Position numbers and translations under genes: made by a program. A stretch of DNA of 64,000 bases. Source: Phoronis australis. Lineage: Eukaryota > Animalia > Phoronida. Shown in pieces: positions 52,622 through 63,429 of the stretch. A model generated the notes under the pieces. The model was not told the origin of the DNA. It ran no database searches and worked only from the letters and a program-made list of their open reading frames with translations. The stretch covers positions 463,601 through 527,600 of the forward strand of contig NMRA01000030.1 of the NCBI GenBank assembly GCA_002633005.1, given 5' to 3'. Position 1 is the first letter of the stretch, and each line of letters begins with the position of its first letter.

Positions 52622-53258
52622 TTAAATGATGAAAAAAAATTCGAAATAACTCAACTGCCACACAGATACAAACAAAATATCGTCTAGTAAATCTTTCTCT
52701 TCACATTGATAAGAGCATGCATTAATTTTGATACTCATTAAAACTCTGCTGAGGACAGCAACTTTATTTTCACTGATTTTCACTGGACAGACGTTAAATG
52801 AAACTTGACTTGAAAATTGTTCAATCAATACCAAAGAAAGGCAAATTCATAATAAAAAATGATAACAATAACAAAACAATGATAACAATAACAAAATAAT
52901 AATAACAATAACACCAAACAAATGCTGTTTGATACAAATTCTTAAGATGAAATCTCCTCTAAAACTTTAGTATTCTAAGTTATTTCATTCTTGTTTTCAC
53001 CAAATTTTGATTTTTTCAACCTGTCATGCAAAAATGAAACACTTCAAAAACAACTCCTGTCAGTGTTTTGGAGAATAGCAGATAAAGTATAGTACCTGAA
53101 AGTTTCAAATGAATATAATGAGCCACTTCTGATATATAATATTTCAAAATTTGCCAAATTTAGTCATTTTCCTAAGATCCTACATAACCTGAAGCAACTC
53201 ATGCAATTGGTCTGATTTAGAGTAAGTTTCACACTAAGATCGGTTTAGACATACTTAC

Positions 53259-53356
53259 CGTATGCATGAACGGACAAATACGAGACAAGATGGGAAGTGC
53301 ATCTGACTGGTAGAGCTCTGACGGACAATTCAGTAGGTGGTACTTTAGGAACAGAC
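53259..53356 (-). CDS. XPO5: XPO5 exon K (RLFLKYHLLNCPSELYQSDALPILSRICPFMHT)
   Basis: Preceded by TTCCTTACCCCTGTTCAG; gtaagt donor; 98 nt; matches RVFVKPLVLFCPPEHY. Confidence 0.92.
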
Positions 53357-54101
53357 CTGAACAGGGGTAAGGAACAGTAACAAGGTACAGACGTAGGTGT
53401 TTAGTGATGATTCACCATCAATTATGATCATGGATAAGGAACAGTAACACAGCACAGACATAGGTGGTTAGTGACAATCCACCAGCAATCATGAACAGGG
53501 GTAAGGAACAGTAACATGATAGACATAGGTGGTTAGTGATGATCCACTAGCAATCATGAACAGGGGTAAGGAACAGTGGTAAGGTACAGACGTAGATGAT
53601 TAGTTATGATCCACCAGAGATCATGAAGCAGTAACTCCCATTCTTTATTGAGAGTGACAAAAGAATGCTGTTCACGAGAAAAAAAATTGAGAAAGGAAAT
53701 TTTTGTGTAAGAAAAGAATTGTGGTGTGTGAGATGTGTAGCTTGATGGATTATTCTACAATTTAGTTATGTCTGAAATTGAAATAGAGCTGAAAAACCTC
53801 CTTCTATGAAGAAAACTAACTTCTAACAACTGACTCTTATACAACTGCTCTCAACATGTTGAGACCAGTCTTATAGCAAAATTATCAAATTGAATGAAAT
53901 CAAAAACTTTTTATTCCGAAAGTGATTTATAGAAGCTTCAAATGTATTTTCATTGACTTTCCACAACATAAACTTAAGTTGTCAGTTGGAAGATCATAGT
54001 GTTAGACCAGTAAAGGAAATGAAAATAACAAAGAAAGAACTGAGATAGACAAATCATGGAAAAGACTTTCAGGACCATATGTAGTGTGTCTAAAAGGATA
54101 C
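53357..54101 (-). other. U12-type (minor spliceosome) GT-AG intron of XPO5
   Basis: 5' splice site GTATCCTTTT matches the U12 consensus; branch-like TTCCTTACC with the A about 12 nt from the AG. Confidence 0.88.
53358..53630. repeat. 67-bp tandem repeat, about 4 copies, containing the U12 branch site
   Basis: tgaacaggggtaaggaacag-type starts at 53358, 53425, 53492 and 53557, with a partial copy at 53624. Confidence 0.9.
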
Positions 54102-54238
54102 GTATGATATTACGCAGATGGTAGTCCGGAAGAACATCGATAGTGGACAGGGCAGTCTGTAGCAACATGGACGTCAACTCAGGAATGTGATACAGTTGGT
54201 AACCAAGGTGATGACCTACTTCCGACAGGATACGATAG
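54102..54238 (-). CDS. XPO5: XPO5 exon J (YRILSEVGHHLGYQLYHIPELTSMLLQTALSTIDVLPDYHLRNII), U12 donor
   Basis: ttgtag acceptor; 137 nt; followed by GTATCCTTTT; PDYRLR-like motif. Confidence 0.92.
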
Positions 54239-54689
54239 CTACAACAAAACAAAAACATATCAAATAAAACAGGTTGACTATGATTAGGTTATACAGAACT
54301 TTATCAATATGTCTGTGAACTGAGCCAAATATCTACAAAATAGTAGAATATACATTTTCAGAAATCCTGTAGAATTTCATTTTTGATATCTATCACTAAT
54401 TGGGTCACGTGACCTTGTCTTTTTCATAATAAAGTGTAGCAAAGCAACAGTATCAATAACATAATCAAATTTTATTTGAGTAATGTTCAAGATGAAAGCT
54501 CAAAAATGTTACAGTTTTCATAAGCTAGCATTCTCTTTCCATTTTATACAACTTTTCATTTTCTTACACAAAATCAGTCCTATTTTTCACAGCCCCCCCA
54601 TTCAAAGGTGGAACAATTTAACAATTTAAAAGCAATTCTTCACTTCATTTCAGAGGACAGTGGATAAAGCATAGTTTCATAAAGTCCAA

Positions 54690-56390
54690 GTGGACTTAAT
54701 GAGCAGTATCAGAGGTAACATTACCCTAAGTGAGAGCCTTAAGTCACCTTGATGAGCAGTATGAGGTAACATTACCCTAAGTGAGAACCTTAAGTGGTCT
54801 GTGAGAACCTTAAGTGGCCTTAATGAGCAGTATCAGAGGTAGCATTACCCTAAGTGAGAGCCTTAAGTCGCCTTGATGAGCAGTATGAGGTAACATTACC
54901 CTAAGTGAGAACCTTAAGTGGTCTTGATGATGAGCAGTATGAGAGGTAACATTTCCAGACCTGTGTACCACCAAAACTGCATTGGAGTACTCTGGTGAAC
55001 ACCAGATTTGCAGATTTTTTTAATAAATTTGCAGATTTTTTAGTAAATTTGCAGATTTTCACGTACAGACCAAATTTACCCTAAAATATATGAGGCGTTT
55101 GAATTTTCCGGAGTGGACTTTTTCACTAACTAAAAAAAACAAAAAAACGCGTTTACTCAGTGTTCAGAGCTTTTGCTGAATTCTTGCCTCTTTAGTGGAC
55201 TTTTGTCTCGTTTTCTCAAACTTTTGGTTTCTCTCAGGACCTCTTTGCCCACTGCCAAATGGGGAACTCATTCAAGCCCCCCCTGGGTATGCGCATGGGT
55301 ACTTTTCCTACTTACTTGCCTCTGAAACACTTTCTAAAGTACACATGGTGAATTGATCACCAATTTTCAGAATAATTTAAGTTGTTTAGTTGAGGGACAA
55401 TGTGCTTAGTGAAAAGATCCTGTTAATCAATAGAAAATGTCCTTACTGAACTTAGTTATGTTAATACCTGCCTAATGTACACCTCATTTCTTAACACAAA
55501 AACATATCTGCAAAAATGTGTTGATGAATCAGCACTGGACAATGTTTTGCACCAGATGATGTTTTCTTAACCATTCACACACGTTTGGAATAATTATTCA
55601 TTGCAAGTGTCCGTGAACATGTACCACCATACTGTATGCGAAAAAATCTGAGCTCGAGGTTCGACTATGGTTCGAGTATTATCGTCAGCTCAACATGCTA
55701 CGAAGTCACTGCAGTCACCATGTCCGCAAGAAACAACACGGTATACAACTTGCAGTATAAATTCCACAATCCCTTGAATAAGGCATTGTCATTCTTTGGA
55801 ATAACATGGCAAAAACAGATGTTCCCTTCTTTCAAAAGCTACTTTCTTCACAGCTCGGAATATGCAACAACTCATGCTTTGCCATTTTGTCAACAGTACG
55901 TATTTAGCTGTAAATAGCCGGAATTATACGAAGTAAGCAATCCACAAATCACAGAAGTCGTTGCTTATAGGTTAGGCCTGTGACACACATACCAATAGAA
56001 GAGGCCTCACAATTCGCCGATTATCACGCTATTTCAAGAATGAAACGAAGCAAGTTTTCCGAGTTTGAAGCTCCACTTTTTGGCTAAAATAATGATTTTA
56101 CAATTTATATATTTTTTTAATTTCTAACTTTAAAATCTTCCTTGTCCGTTTTAACTACAAATCGGCGTATTTATTGAGAAACAAGCGAATTAATCTCATC
56201 TGAATTTGCTGAATTTGTGTATTTTTGCCTGGCCGTGCATACTTGCGTACTGGAGGCTTGATTCCCGTACGAATCCGCATTTTTTGCATATGGTACACAG
56301 GTCTGCATTACCCTAAGTGAGAACCTTAAGTGGCCTTGATGAGCAGTATCAGAGGTAACATTACCCTTACCGAGAACCTTAAGATAACAT
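54690..56390. repeat. About 46-bp minisatellite (gatgagcagtatcagaggtaacattaccctaagtgagaaccttaagtggcctt) split by a transposon
   Basis: Units at 54690-54955 resume in register at 56306-56390. Confidence 0.85.
54956..56305. mobile_element. Non-autonomous DNA transposon with perfect 15-bp TIRs
   Basis: cagacctgtgtacca / tggtacacaggtctg; apparent 6-bp TSD catttc/cattac. Confidence 0.78.
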
Positions 56391-57035
56391 TTTAGAATTT
56401 TTCAGTTTTTGCACAAAGTTAAGTTTAAGGCAGAATTTTCCCGTTTAGCTGGCTAAAACAAAGTCAAATTAGCCGGGTCTTTAACTCTCATAAAGTCTCA
56501 TAATATTTCGTAGTGTGGTAAAATTCAGTTTTCATTAACAACTCAAAACACAGACGATGCGCACTTTTCAAATTCGCAATTTTAGATTATGTCAAGCTCA
56601 ATAACGTCTGAAGAGTATTCTTGATTCACTGATGGTGTCAATGTTGTTGACACAAAAAGATATAAAATGAAATTGATTTCATGAGAGTAAAAGGCCTAAT
56701 TTGATTTATGTTTAATTCAACTTAACAGAGTGAAATGCACCATTAAATACAAATAATTCAGATTACAAAGAATGGATTTTCAAAAACTTTACAGATATCC
56801 CAAGGAATACAGAACACACTCCATTAATATTGTCATGTCTAAACATTAGGGCTGGGTTGCATAAACCTTAAAAATTATCAGCTGGATAAGTTTGATTGTT
56901 GCATAACGTCAGGTTTATTGTTCAACAATAACAGCGTAAAGTGTGATAACGCGGTGTCATTGTTGCTATACAGCGTAAAACTCGTATGCAACTTGGTCCA
57001 GCTTCCAAAATGTTACATGCAGCAGTATGGCTTAC

Positions 57036-57132
57036 ATTGTATCTATTGTCTTGACAATAAAGTTCTGCATGCGTTCTAATGGCGTCTTGGCACCAGATGA
57101 CTCCTGGTCATCACTGGATATGGCAGGAACAC
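57036..57132 (-). CDS. XPO5: XPO5 exon I (VPAISSDDQESSGAKTPLERMQNFIVKTIDT)
   Basis: ttgtag/gtaag boundaries, 97 nt, phase 1/2; KTVLERMQRF-like motif. Confidence 0.92.
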
Positions 57133-57479
57133 CTACAATAAAGAAACACAAAGCTTAAGTAACACACAGCTTAAGTAAGACCCAGCTTAAATAACACACA
57201 GCTTAAGTAACACACAGCTTAAGTAACACACAGCTCAAGTAATACAGCTCAAGTGCACGTCACTAGTACGTGAAATTACTGTGAAACCTTGTCCATCCCC
57301 ATATAAATAGTATAAACAAGACATAGTTTATAGTCCAATAAGATCACCTGGCTCTTGGCAAGACATTGAAAATCTTATGACTGACAAAGTGTCCAAGAAG
57401 CCTTTTTGACAAATACTCAGACACTGTCACAACTTTCACTCATTGATCAGAGAATCTTGAATAAAGATAAATAACTTGC
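57133..57479 (-). other. GC-AG intron of XPO5
   Basis: Donor AG|GCAAGT; the reading frame is kept only with a phase-1 junction here. Confidence 0.85.
57148..57254. repeat. 17-bp repeat (acacagcttaagtaac) beside the exon I acceptor
   Basis: About 6 units. Confidence 0.88.
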
Positions 57480-57580
57480 CTAGTATGCCCCTCTTCTCCA
57501 CCTCTGGCAACTCAAATGCACTCGCAAACTCTGGGTGACGCAGCGCTAAATTTTCAGGCAGCCAAAGAGCATTGAAGCTC
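57480..57580 (-). CDS. XPO5: XPO5 exon H (SFNALWLPENLALRHPEFASAFELPEVEKRGILG), GC donor
   Basis: ttgtag acceptor; 101 nt; ends AG|GCAAGT, and this phase-1 end is required by the next exon. Confidence 0.9.
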
Positions 57581-57694
57581 CTACAACACAGATAACAATT
57601 ATAGTAACACTGGGTCAGAGTGGCTTCAATTTCAGACCAGAGGACCCTGTGGCTTAACTATACAATATTCTCTCAATTGTCACCAACTCTCAAT

Positions 57695-58190
57695 CCCGTG
57701 TCACAGACCCTGCTCTGTGTTACAGACCTTACCTACTGTGTCACAGACCCTACCCCTGTCACACAACCTACCCCCTGTGTCATAGACCCTACCCCTGTGT
57801 CATAGACCCTACCCCTGTGTCATAGACCCTATCCCATGTGCCACAGATCTTATCCCCTGTGTCACAGACCCTATCCCCTGTGTCACAGACCCTACCCACT
57901 GTGTCACAGACCCCACCCCGTGTCACAGACCTTACCTACTGTGTCACAGACCTTACCCCCTGTCACACAACTATCCCGTGTCATAGACCCTACACCCTAT
58001 GTCATAGACCCTACTCCATGTGTCACAGACCCTACCCACTGTGTCACAGACCCCACCCCGTGTCACAGACCCTACCCCATGTGTCACAGACCCCACACCC
58101 TGTGTCACAGAACCTACCCCAAGTCACAGACCCTACCCCCATGTCACAGACCCTGCCCCGTGTCACAGACGCTTAGCCCCCTGTCATCAC
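57695..58190. repeat. 20-21-bp minisatellite (tgtcacagaccctacccctg)
   Basis: About 24 degenerate units. Confidence 0.92.
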
Positions 58191-58421
58191 CATTTTCACT
58201 CTTCAATATCCTCAGTCATTCCACACAATTGTTACAAAAGTCACATCAAACTCTGCACGTCACTAAATCTGGGATGTGTTCTGCAAGGGAACTTTGTGAA
58301 AATTTGGAAAGATCACACCTAGAGCTTAATGTTGTGTGAGTAAACAGGCTTAGTATCTTTTGAAAGTGACGATAGTTAGGGATGAGCGCCTACACACTTC
58401 TTGCATGTGTACACGACTTAC

Positions 58422-58540
58422 TTTGCTAGCATCAGGAGATTTTCCAACAGGGGTCGTATGTGTTGAGTGGCAGGATTCTGACACACAGTAGCACCATTGC
58501 TTTGGAGCACATCCAACACAAAGCCTCCAGACTGAGCCAG
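58422..58540 (-). CDS. XPO5: XPO5 exon G (LAQSGGFVLDVLQSNGATVCQNPATQHIRPLLENLLMLAK)
   Basis: ttacag/gtaagt boundaries, 119 nt; matches AKAGGFV...NPCTEQILKLLDNLLAL. Confidence 0.93.
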
Positions 58541-58837
58541 CTGTAACAGACACTGACCAATTGGGACAGACCTCTCAATATGAGAAGAGCTTAAAACTAT
58601 GAACAAAAATATAACTAAACCACTTATCACAAAACATAAATTGGTCTCAAACATTCTCCTGAACATATAAAATTCTCTGAGAAAACACAGCTTCCCCTGT
58701 AAGGGGTTTAGGAGACACAAGATACAACATCAGATGGCACAGCATGACATGGACAGGACTACAATAGGCACCCACATACAAGAATGTGGGCTCATGTAGT
58801 CTTGGGATAAAACTTTTAATCTAAACTTCCACACAAA

Positions 58838-59084
58838 GGACAGTTCCAAGAAACTGACTTAATTTAAGAGCATTTTTTACTTAAGTCTAAGATTTATCTC
58901 AACTTCTAAACTTTGAAACTTTCAAATCCAGTAAGTTAGCCAAACTTAAGACAAAACTGAAGTCAAAAACTTACGTCCAACTTAAGATCACTTTCTAGGA
59001 AAGAAGTTAAGACAAAATTTTATCTTAAAATTGACTTAATTTAAGATTTGTCTTAGCACAGTCAGTTTTCTTGAAATGGTCCCC
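58838..59084. mobile_element. Foldback MITE with internal (cttaag) repeats
   Basis: ggacagttccaagaaactgact / agtcagttttcttgaaatggtcc inverted ends. Confidence 0.55.
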
Positions 59085-59222
59085 AGGACTGTATGAACAA
59101 TAGAGTATTTAGGACATCATCCTGTTATTCAATGTTTTAAGCAACATTTTTTGAGAAATCATGGACACGTCGAGTATGAGCCAGAAAAATGACAAGTAGT
59201 GTCCAGTGAATAGTCCACTGAC

Positions 59223-59288
59223 CTCTGGATCATCCGGACACTTGCTCCTTTTCATCACAGCCTGTATCATACACATACAGTAGAGAAC
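59223..59288 (-). CDS. XPO5: XPO5 exon F (VLYCMCMIQAVMKRSKCPDDPE)
   Basis: ttgcag/gtcagt boundaries, 66 nt; matches ILGVVKRTCWPTDLE. Confidence 0.92.
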
Positions 59289-60049
59289 CTGCAAAGGAAA
59301 GGACATGTTTCAAGACATCTAATAAATATAAGGTAGTACGACTAGAGACAGTTTATACATATATTAACTAAGATGAGATATCTTAGATACTCTTTCTGCT
59401 TTATTTCAGTAAAAAACTTCATGAAACATATTTTAGCGAAAATTTGTTCAATTAAAACTTAAAACCAAATAATTCTCAATCAACACGACTCCAAATATTT
59501 CAAACATTTCCTGAATTCAATATGAATTTCTTAGTATTTATTTTTATTTTTATTTTTGGTGGTGCATCAACACCTAAAATGGCCACCATAGTAAGTCATG
59601 CATTATGGGTACTTACTTAACTGCCGACATATCTAACGAAGTTATTGCGGAAAACCTGCCCGTTTTTTCAAAAACCTTTTAAATTACTAGCAAAATAAAG
59701 CCAGCACAAACAGGGTTAAACATTACAAAATGTTTGTGGTATCTTTTGACTGACAAAACTCACCATGTGTTTTAAATTGGTGAATGTAAAAGAATATCTT
59801 TAAGTGATGAACATTTTAAATCAAACTGTTGGGTTTTACGCTTCTGGTACACGCAGATGTCCACGTGATTCTGACTATCTCCCGGATTTTGGCTCTTCAA
59901 GAAAGACTGGATGTACAGCATCCTGGTCCACTGGAACTCTAGTTTTGTGGGTGTTAGTCCAGCCGAAGATACAGACAGTGGAAAAGGTCAGACTGGATAA
60001 GTGAGTGCTGAGCTTTCGGGACCAGAAGAAGCCAGGAATGAAGAAGGTG

Positions 60050-60720
60050 AATATGGCGACTTGACATTATCTGACATAAAAACCCTCATTATAGAATTAA
60101 CGCTGAGGCTTGAGACGGCGATTAATGCTAGAATTTCTGAACTCTATAACCGAGTTTCCGAGATACAGCAGTCGTAAGATTTTATGGCTGAGAAGGTGGG
60201 GGAACTTGGAACAGCAAATAGAAGATTTACAAACTGGCTAACAAGACCACTACATTGGAGTCATTTGAGAAGGCTGGAGCATACGACTTCCGTAGCAGAT
60301 AATATAATCTTCTCTTCTACGGCATAACTGAATAACTTAATAATCCTCTGGTAATTCAACCCTAGAATGCTGAAAACGGTGTCAGAGTGTTTATGAAACA
60401 AAAGCTAGCATCAGCGGATTTGGCAGGCTCGGTGCTCATTGGCAACTGCCACAGGCTACAGAGGCCACAGTTAACAACGAAGCCAGGGGCTCCCACAGCA
60501 ATTATCGTTAAGTTTACTATCATGGCTGAGCATATACGAGTTCTCACGACAGCATCTACTTTTAGAGAAAAGGGTATAGCCGTCAGAATGGATCTACCTA
60601 CAATCCTAAAACAAAGGCGTAGAGAGATAACACAACGCATCTAATCTGAGAAAAACTAAAAATCTGCTGACAAGAAAACGTGAATCAATGGACAAGGTCT
60701 CGTTGGAGGTCTGAAAGACA
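60050..60720 (+). pseudogene. Degenerate LINE ORF1-like (L1-type RRM/CTD) remnant
   Basis: Coiled-coil-like segment followed by YNLLFYGI, CHRL, IIVKF and IAVRMDLP motifs, broken by stops and frameshifts. Confidence 0.7.
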
Positions 60721-60979
60721 AGGGATGAATCATGGACAGTGTTGAGCGACTATAGTATAGTATATATTTGTCTACTTTGTAGAACTTTATATTGCCGGTA
60801 AGGGTATTTTCTTCTTATTATCTTTAACGTTTCTAATTCATAAATCTTTCTGTACCATACGTTCACCAGATTTATATGGTTAATTAGTAGGCCAACTCGT
60901 TTTTCGAATATTGTTTTTCTCCAGGGAGCTTTTCTCAGCTGAGTTTGTTACTTCGAGGAAGATGCAGATTGCTCAGCAG

Positions 60980-61285
60980 CTATTTGTCTACACGTGGGCT
61001 TACCATGTCCTATTTGTCTGCAGGTGGGCTTACCATGTCCTATTTGTCTGCACGTGGGCTTACCATGTCCTCTTTGTCTGCATGTTGGCTTACCATGTCC
61101 TCTTTGTCTGCATGTGGGCTTACCATGTCCTAGTTGTCTGGATGTGGGCTTACCATGTCCTCTTTGTCTGCATGTGGGCTTACGATGTCCTGTTTGTCTG
61201 CATGTAGGCTTACCATGCCTATTTGTCTGAACATGGGCTTACGATGTACTATTTGTCTGTATGTGAGCTTACAATATACTATTTA
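60980..61285. repeat. 30-bp minisatellite (ctatttgtctgcatgtgggcttaccatgtc), about 10 copies
   Basis: Seen directly. Confidence 0.93.
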
Positions 61286-61639
61286 ATAGCTCAACTGGAG
61301 CATGCTGTGATACCAAGAAGTCTCTTAGTATCCAGAGCAATCCTAGGCCTGTATCACAGTCAATTTCATTATTGTGAGTGTAAAACAAACTGTTGTGTCG
61401 ACAAATTTGTATGTTGACGACAGCTCTGTTTTTGCTAAACTTTAATTAAACAATGGCTAACCAATGTCTTGATTTATGGATTATTCAACAAAAGCAGAGT
61501 CTAACTGTACAGCAGACATGAGATCACAGCTGGGTCATACATGGGATCTACCGATTCCACAAGAGCCAAATGCTTTTGTCTCAACAGGTTCTGAGAACAA
61601 TCATGTCAATAAAGTCACAAGATTAAAGCTTATTCCTAC

Positions 61640-61739
61640 CCGAGATCTACTGATTCCACAGGAGTCGGCCGAGCTTGGCTCAACAGGTGCTGAGTCTAAC
61701 CCAATAAAAGACATGAGATTGCGAGTTGACTGAAAGGCT
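61640..61739 (-). CDS. XPO5: XPO5 exon E (AFQSTRNLMSFIGLDSAPVEPSSADSCGISRSR)
   Basis: ttttcag/gtagg boundaries, 100 nt, phase 2/0; matches the YVGTD...DPCGLNR region. Confidence 0.9.
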
Positions 61740-61988
61740 CTGAAAACAGAAAAAAAAATGAATAATAACGAAACCAGTAAAAAACAATTTTAATGCGTTA
61801 TATTTTTAAAAAATAAAACACATAGGTCATTCATAATGAGCATAACAACTTGGTCTACAGCCAAACTTTGTGCATGAATTTCAATTGACAACAAACCCTG
61901 TTTAAATCAAATGAATTTTTGGAAACAGTATTTATCTGTGAACTATTTGAATAGATATTGTGATGGGATTAACAAGTGAAATACTCAC

Positions 61989-62081
61989 GTGGTAAATTGT
62001 GGAGACAACCAGACTGTTCTGACAGGTTGTAGCACTTCCTGTATGAAGGAAGTCTGCTTGTCAAACTGACAAAAGTGATTA
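61989..62081 (-). CDS. XPO5: XPO5 exon D (NHFCQFDKQTSFIQEVLQPVRTVWLSPQFT)
   Basis: ttgcag/gtgagt boundaries, 93 nt, phase 2/2. Confidence 0.92.
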
Positions 62082-62180
62082 CTGCAAGTACAAAGCATCA
62101 ACATTCACATTATGTAAACAGTAGTAAGTATTCTGCATGCCACCTGTGGCCATGTCATGTGACCTAATGAATATACATCT

Positions 62181-62273
62181 GAAAAGATTTCTACCCCAAC
62201 GGTGACCGGTGACACAAACCTGGGACTTTCCGCTAACCGTGCTGACGTTCTAGCCAACAGACCCACAGGGACC
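62181..62273 (-). mobile_element. Possible decayed tRNA-derived SINE segment
   Basis: Degenerate A-box (tgggtctgttgg) and B-box (ggtttgtgtc) at tRNA-like spacing; it does not fold as a clean tRNA. Confidence 0.35.
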
Positions 62274-62484
62274 ACCGTTATAGTAGTAATCTACCCTGCA
62301 ATTTAGGATTGACTGGGTCAAGAACCTGAAGATACCAAACTCAACTGGCACCTTTGTCAGTGTCGAGGTAACACTGTAAGGCGTGTGTGGCAGTGAAACA
62401 GTTAACAAATAAGAATAACAGTTATATGCGCTAATTGAAAGGCACTCCTGAAGCTTGTTTAGAATATTTTTCTAATGAACTAAC

Positions 62485-62591
62485 CTGATAAGAACTAATG
62501 ACTCATTCAGCGTACATTTCTCCATTGTTGACAGTTGCTCAGGGTCACTCATCAGAGTATGTATGTGGTGGTGGAGCTGATCAAATGTGGG
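62485..62591 (-). CDS. XPO5: XPO5 exon C (PTFDQLHHHIHTLMSDPEQLSTMEKCTLNESLVLIS)
   Basis: ttttcag/gtta boundaries, 107 nt, ends in phase 2; MEKCALMEALVLIS-like motif. Confidence 0.93.
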
Positions 62592-62846
62592 CTGAAAACC
62601 AGTGACATTAACTTTACTGTTGCAGTTACAACAAAATGCAACAAGACCTATTCATCACAAACTCAACTCCTTATTCACATTTCTTTGAAAAAGTTTTACT
62701 TGTGAGTAAAAACATTCTTCGAAGCAGGAAATATAAGAAACGAGAAATCATAAATAAATCTTAATAATCAAATAAAATCTTTTATAACAAAAATTAAATG
62801 AAGACATCGAATTAACCACACGACTAAAAAGCTCTAAATAACTGAC

Positions 62847-62978
62847 CAATAACAGAGCAGGATGTTCTTTACAGACTTTGACCAGCACTGAGCAGGCATG
62901 ACGACGCAAGTTCTTTACTCTCCGACTACGCGTAGACTTTGTTTGACCAGGGGGGTTGAAAACAGCACAGGCAAATAC
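62847..62978 (-). CDS. XPO5: XPO5 exon B (VFACAVFNPPGQTKSTRSRRVKNLRRHACSVLVKVCKEHPALLL)
   Basis: ag/gtcag boundaries, 132 nt; conserved VRNVRRHACS-type motif. Confidence 0.94.
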
Positions 62979-63333
62979 CTAGATACGTTATATATAGTGT
63001 ATTGAAACTATACAAACATGCAATAAACAATTTTTGATGTGTCCAGTTATAAACAGATAAACTGTTACAGAAAAAATTACGTATGCTCAACTCCAACAAT
63101 GTCTGTGATAAACTTAAAACAACTGATTTATGATTGACTTAGTCAGTCTGCAGATACAATAGTTACTTACCAGAAGATCGTGTTACAGTTAATTTAGACA
63201 CTCAACAAAAGTCTTGAATTAATCAAGGCAACACTGATATAACACATTCATTTTCTCACAACAATAATTCATTGTCTCAAGAAATGTGTTAACAGAATCA
63301 TGCCAAACGTTCGAGGCAACACTCAAAGCTCAC

Positions 63334-63429
63334 CTTTTCTAAGGCAACAGGTAACAAGTGTGCGGCATCGTTAAGGAAGGTAAACAAGGCAGATATAAAC
63401 GACAGGATACAAGAGAGTAACAGCTGGTC
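63334..63429 (-). CDS. XPO5: XPO5 exon A (DQLLLSCILSFISALFTFLNDAAHLLPVALEK)
   Basis: ttttcag acceptor, gtgagc donor, 96 nt, phase 0/0; matches DPLILSCVLTNVSALFPF of XPO5. Confidence 0.92.

Larger units (their letters stand above)
32282..63429 (-). other. XPO5: Exportin-5 gene span, 5'-partial (19 coding exons, 2034 nt including stop, 677 aa)
   Basis: Hand-spliced exons join in frame with matching intron phases. The translation follows the vertebrate XPO5 C-terminal half colinearly, as recalled: DQLLLSCILS, VKNLRRHACSVLVKVCK, MEKCTLNESLVLISN, KTPLERMQNF, PDYHLR, PESQEILEEQLTRRLTRD, GLQLHGQH, KSIGQQFKRDIDIKNLP. Confidence 0.95.

Noticed and set aside
53974-54101. ORF continuation RILLDTLHMVLK... 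as XPO5 coding sequence
   Set aside because: Similarity stops at the U12 donor; the true continuation is at 53356.
57836-58339. Repetitive Cys/His/Pro ORFs (CHRPYPL, VTDPTP)
   Set aside because: These are translations of a 20-21-bp intronic minisatellite, open in several frames with indels.
60911-61230. ORFs with HVGLPCPLCL / WAYHVLFVC repeats resembling metal-binding proteins
   Set aside because: A 30-bp minisatellite open in all three frames; no gene structure.
62181-62273. Functional tRNA gene
   Set aside because: A and B boxes are degenerate and the cloverleaf stems do not pair; at most a SINE remnant.
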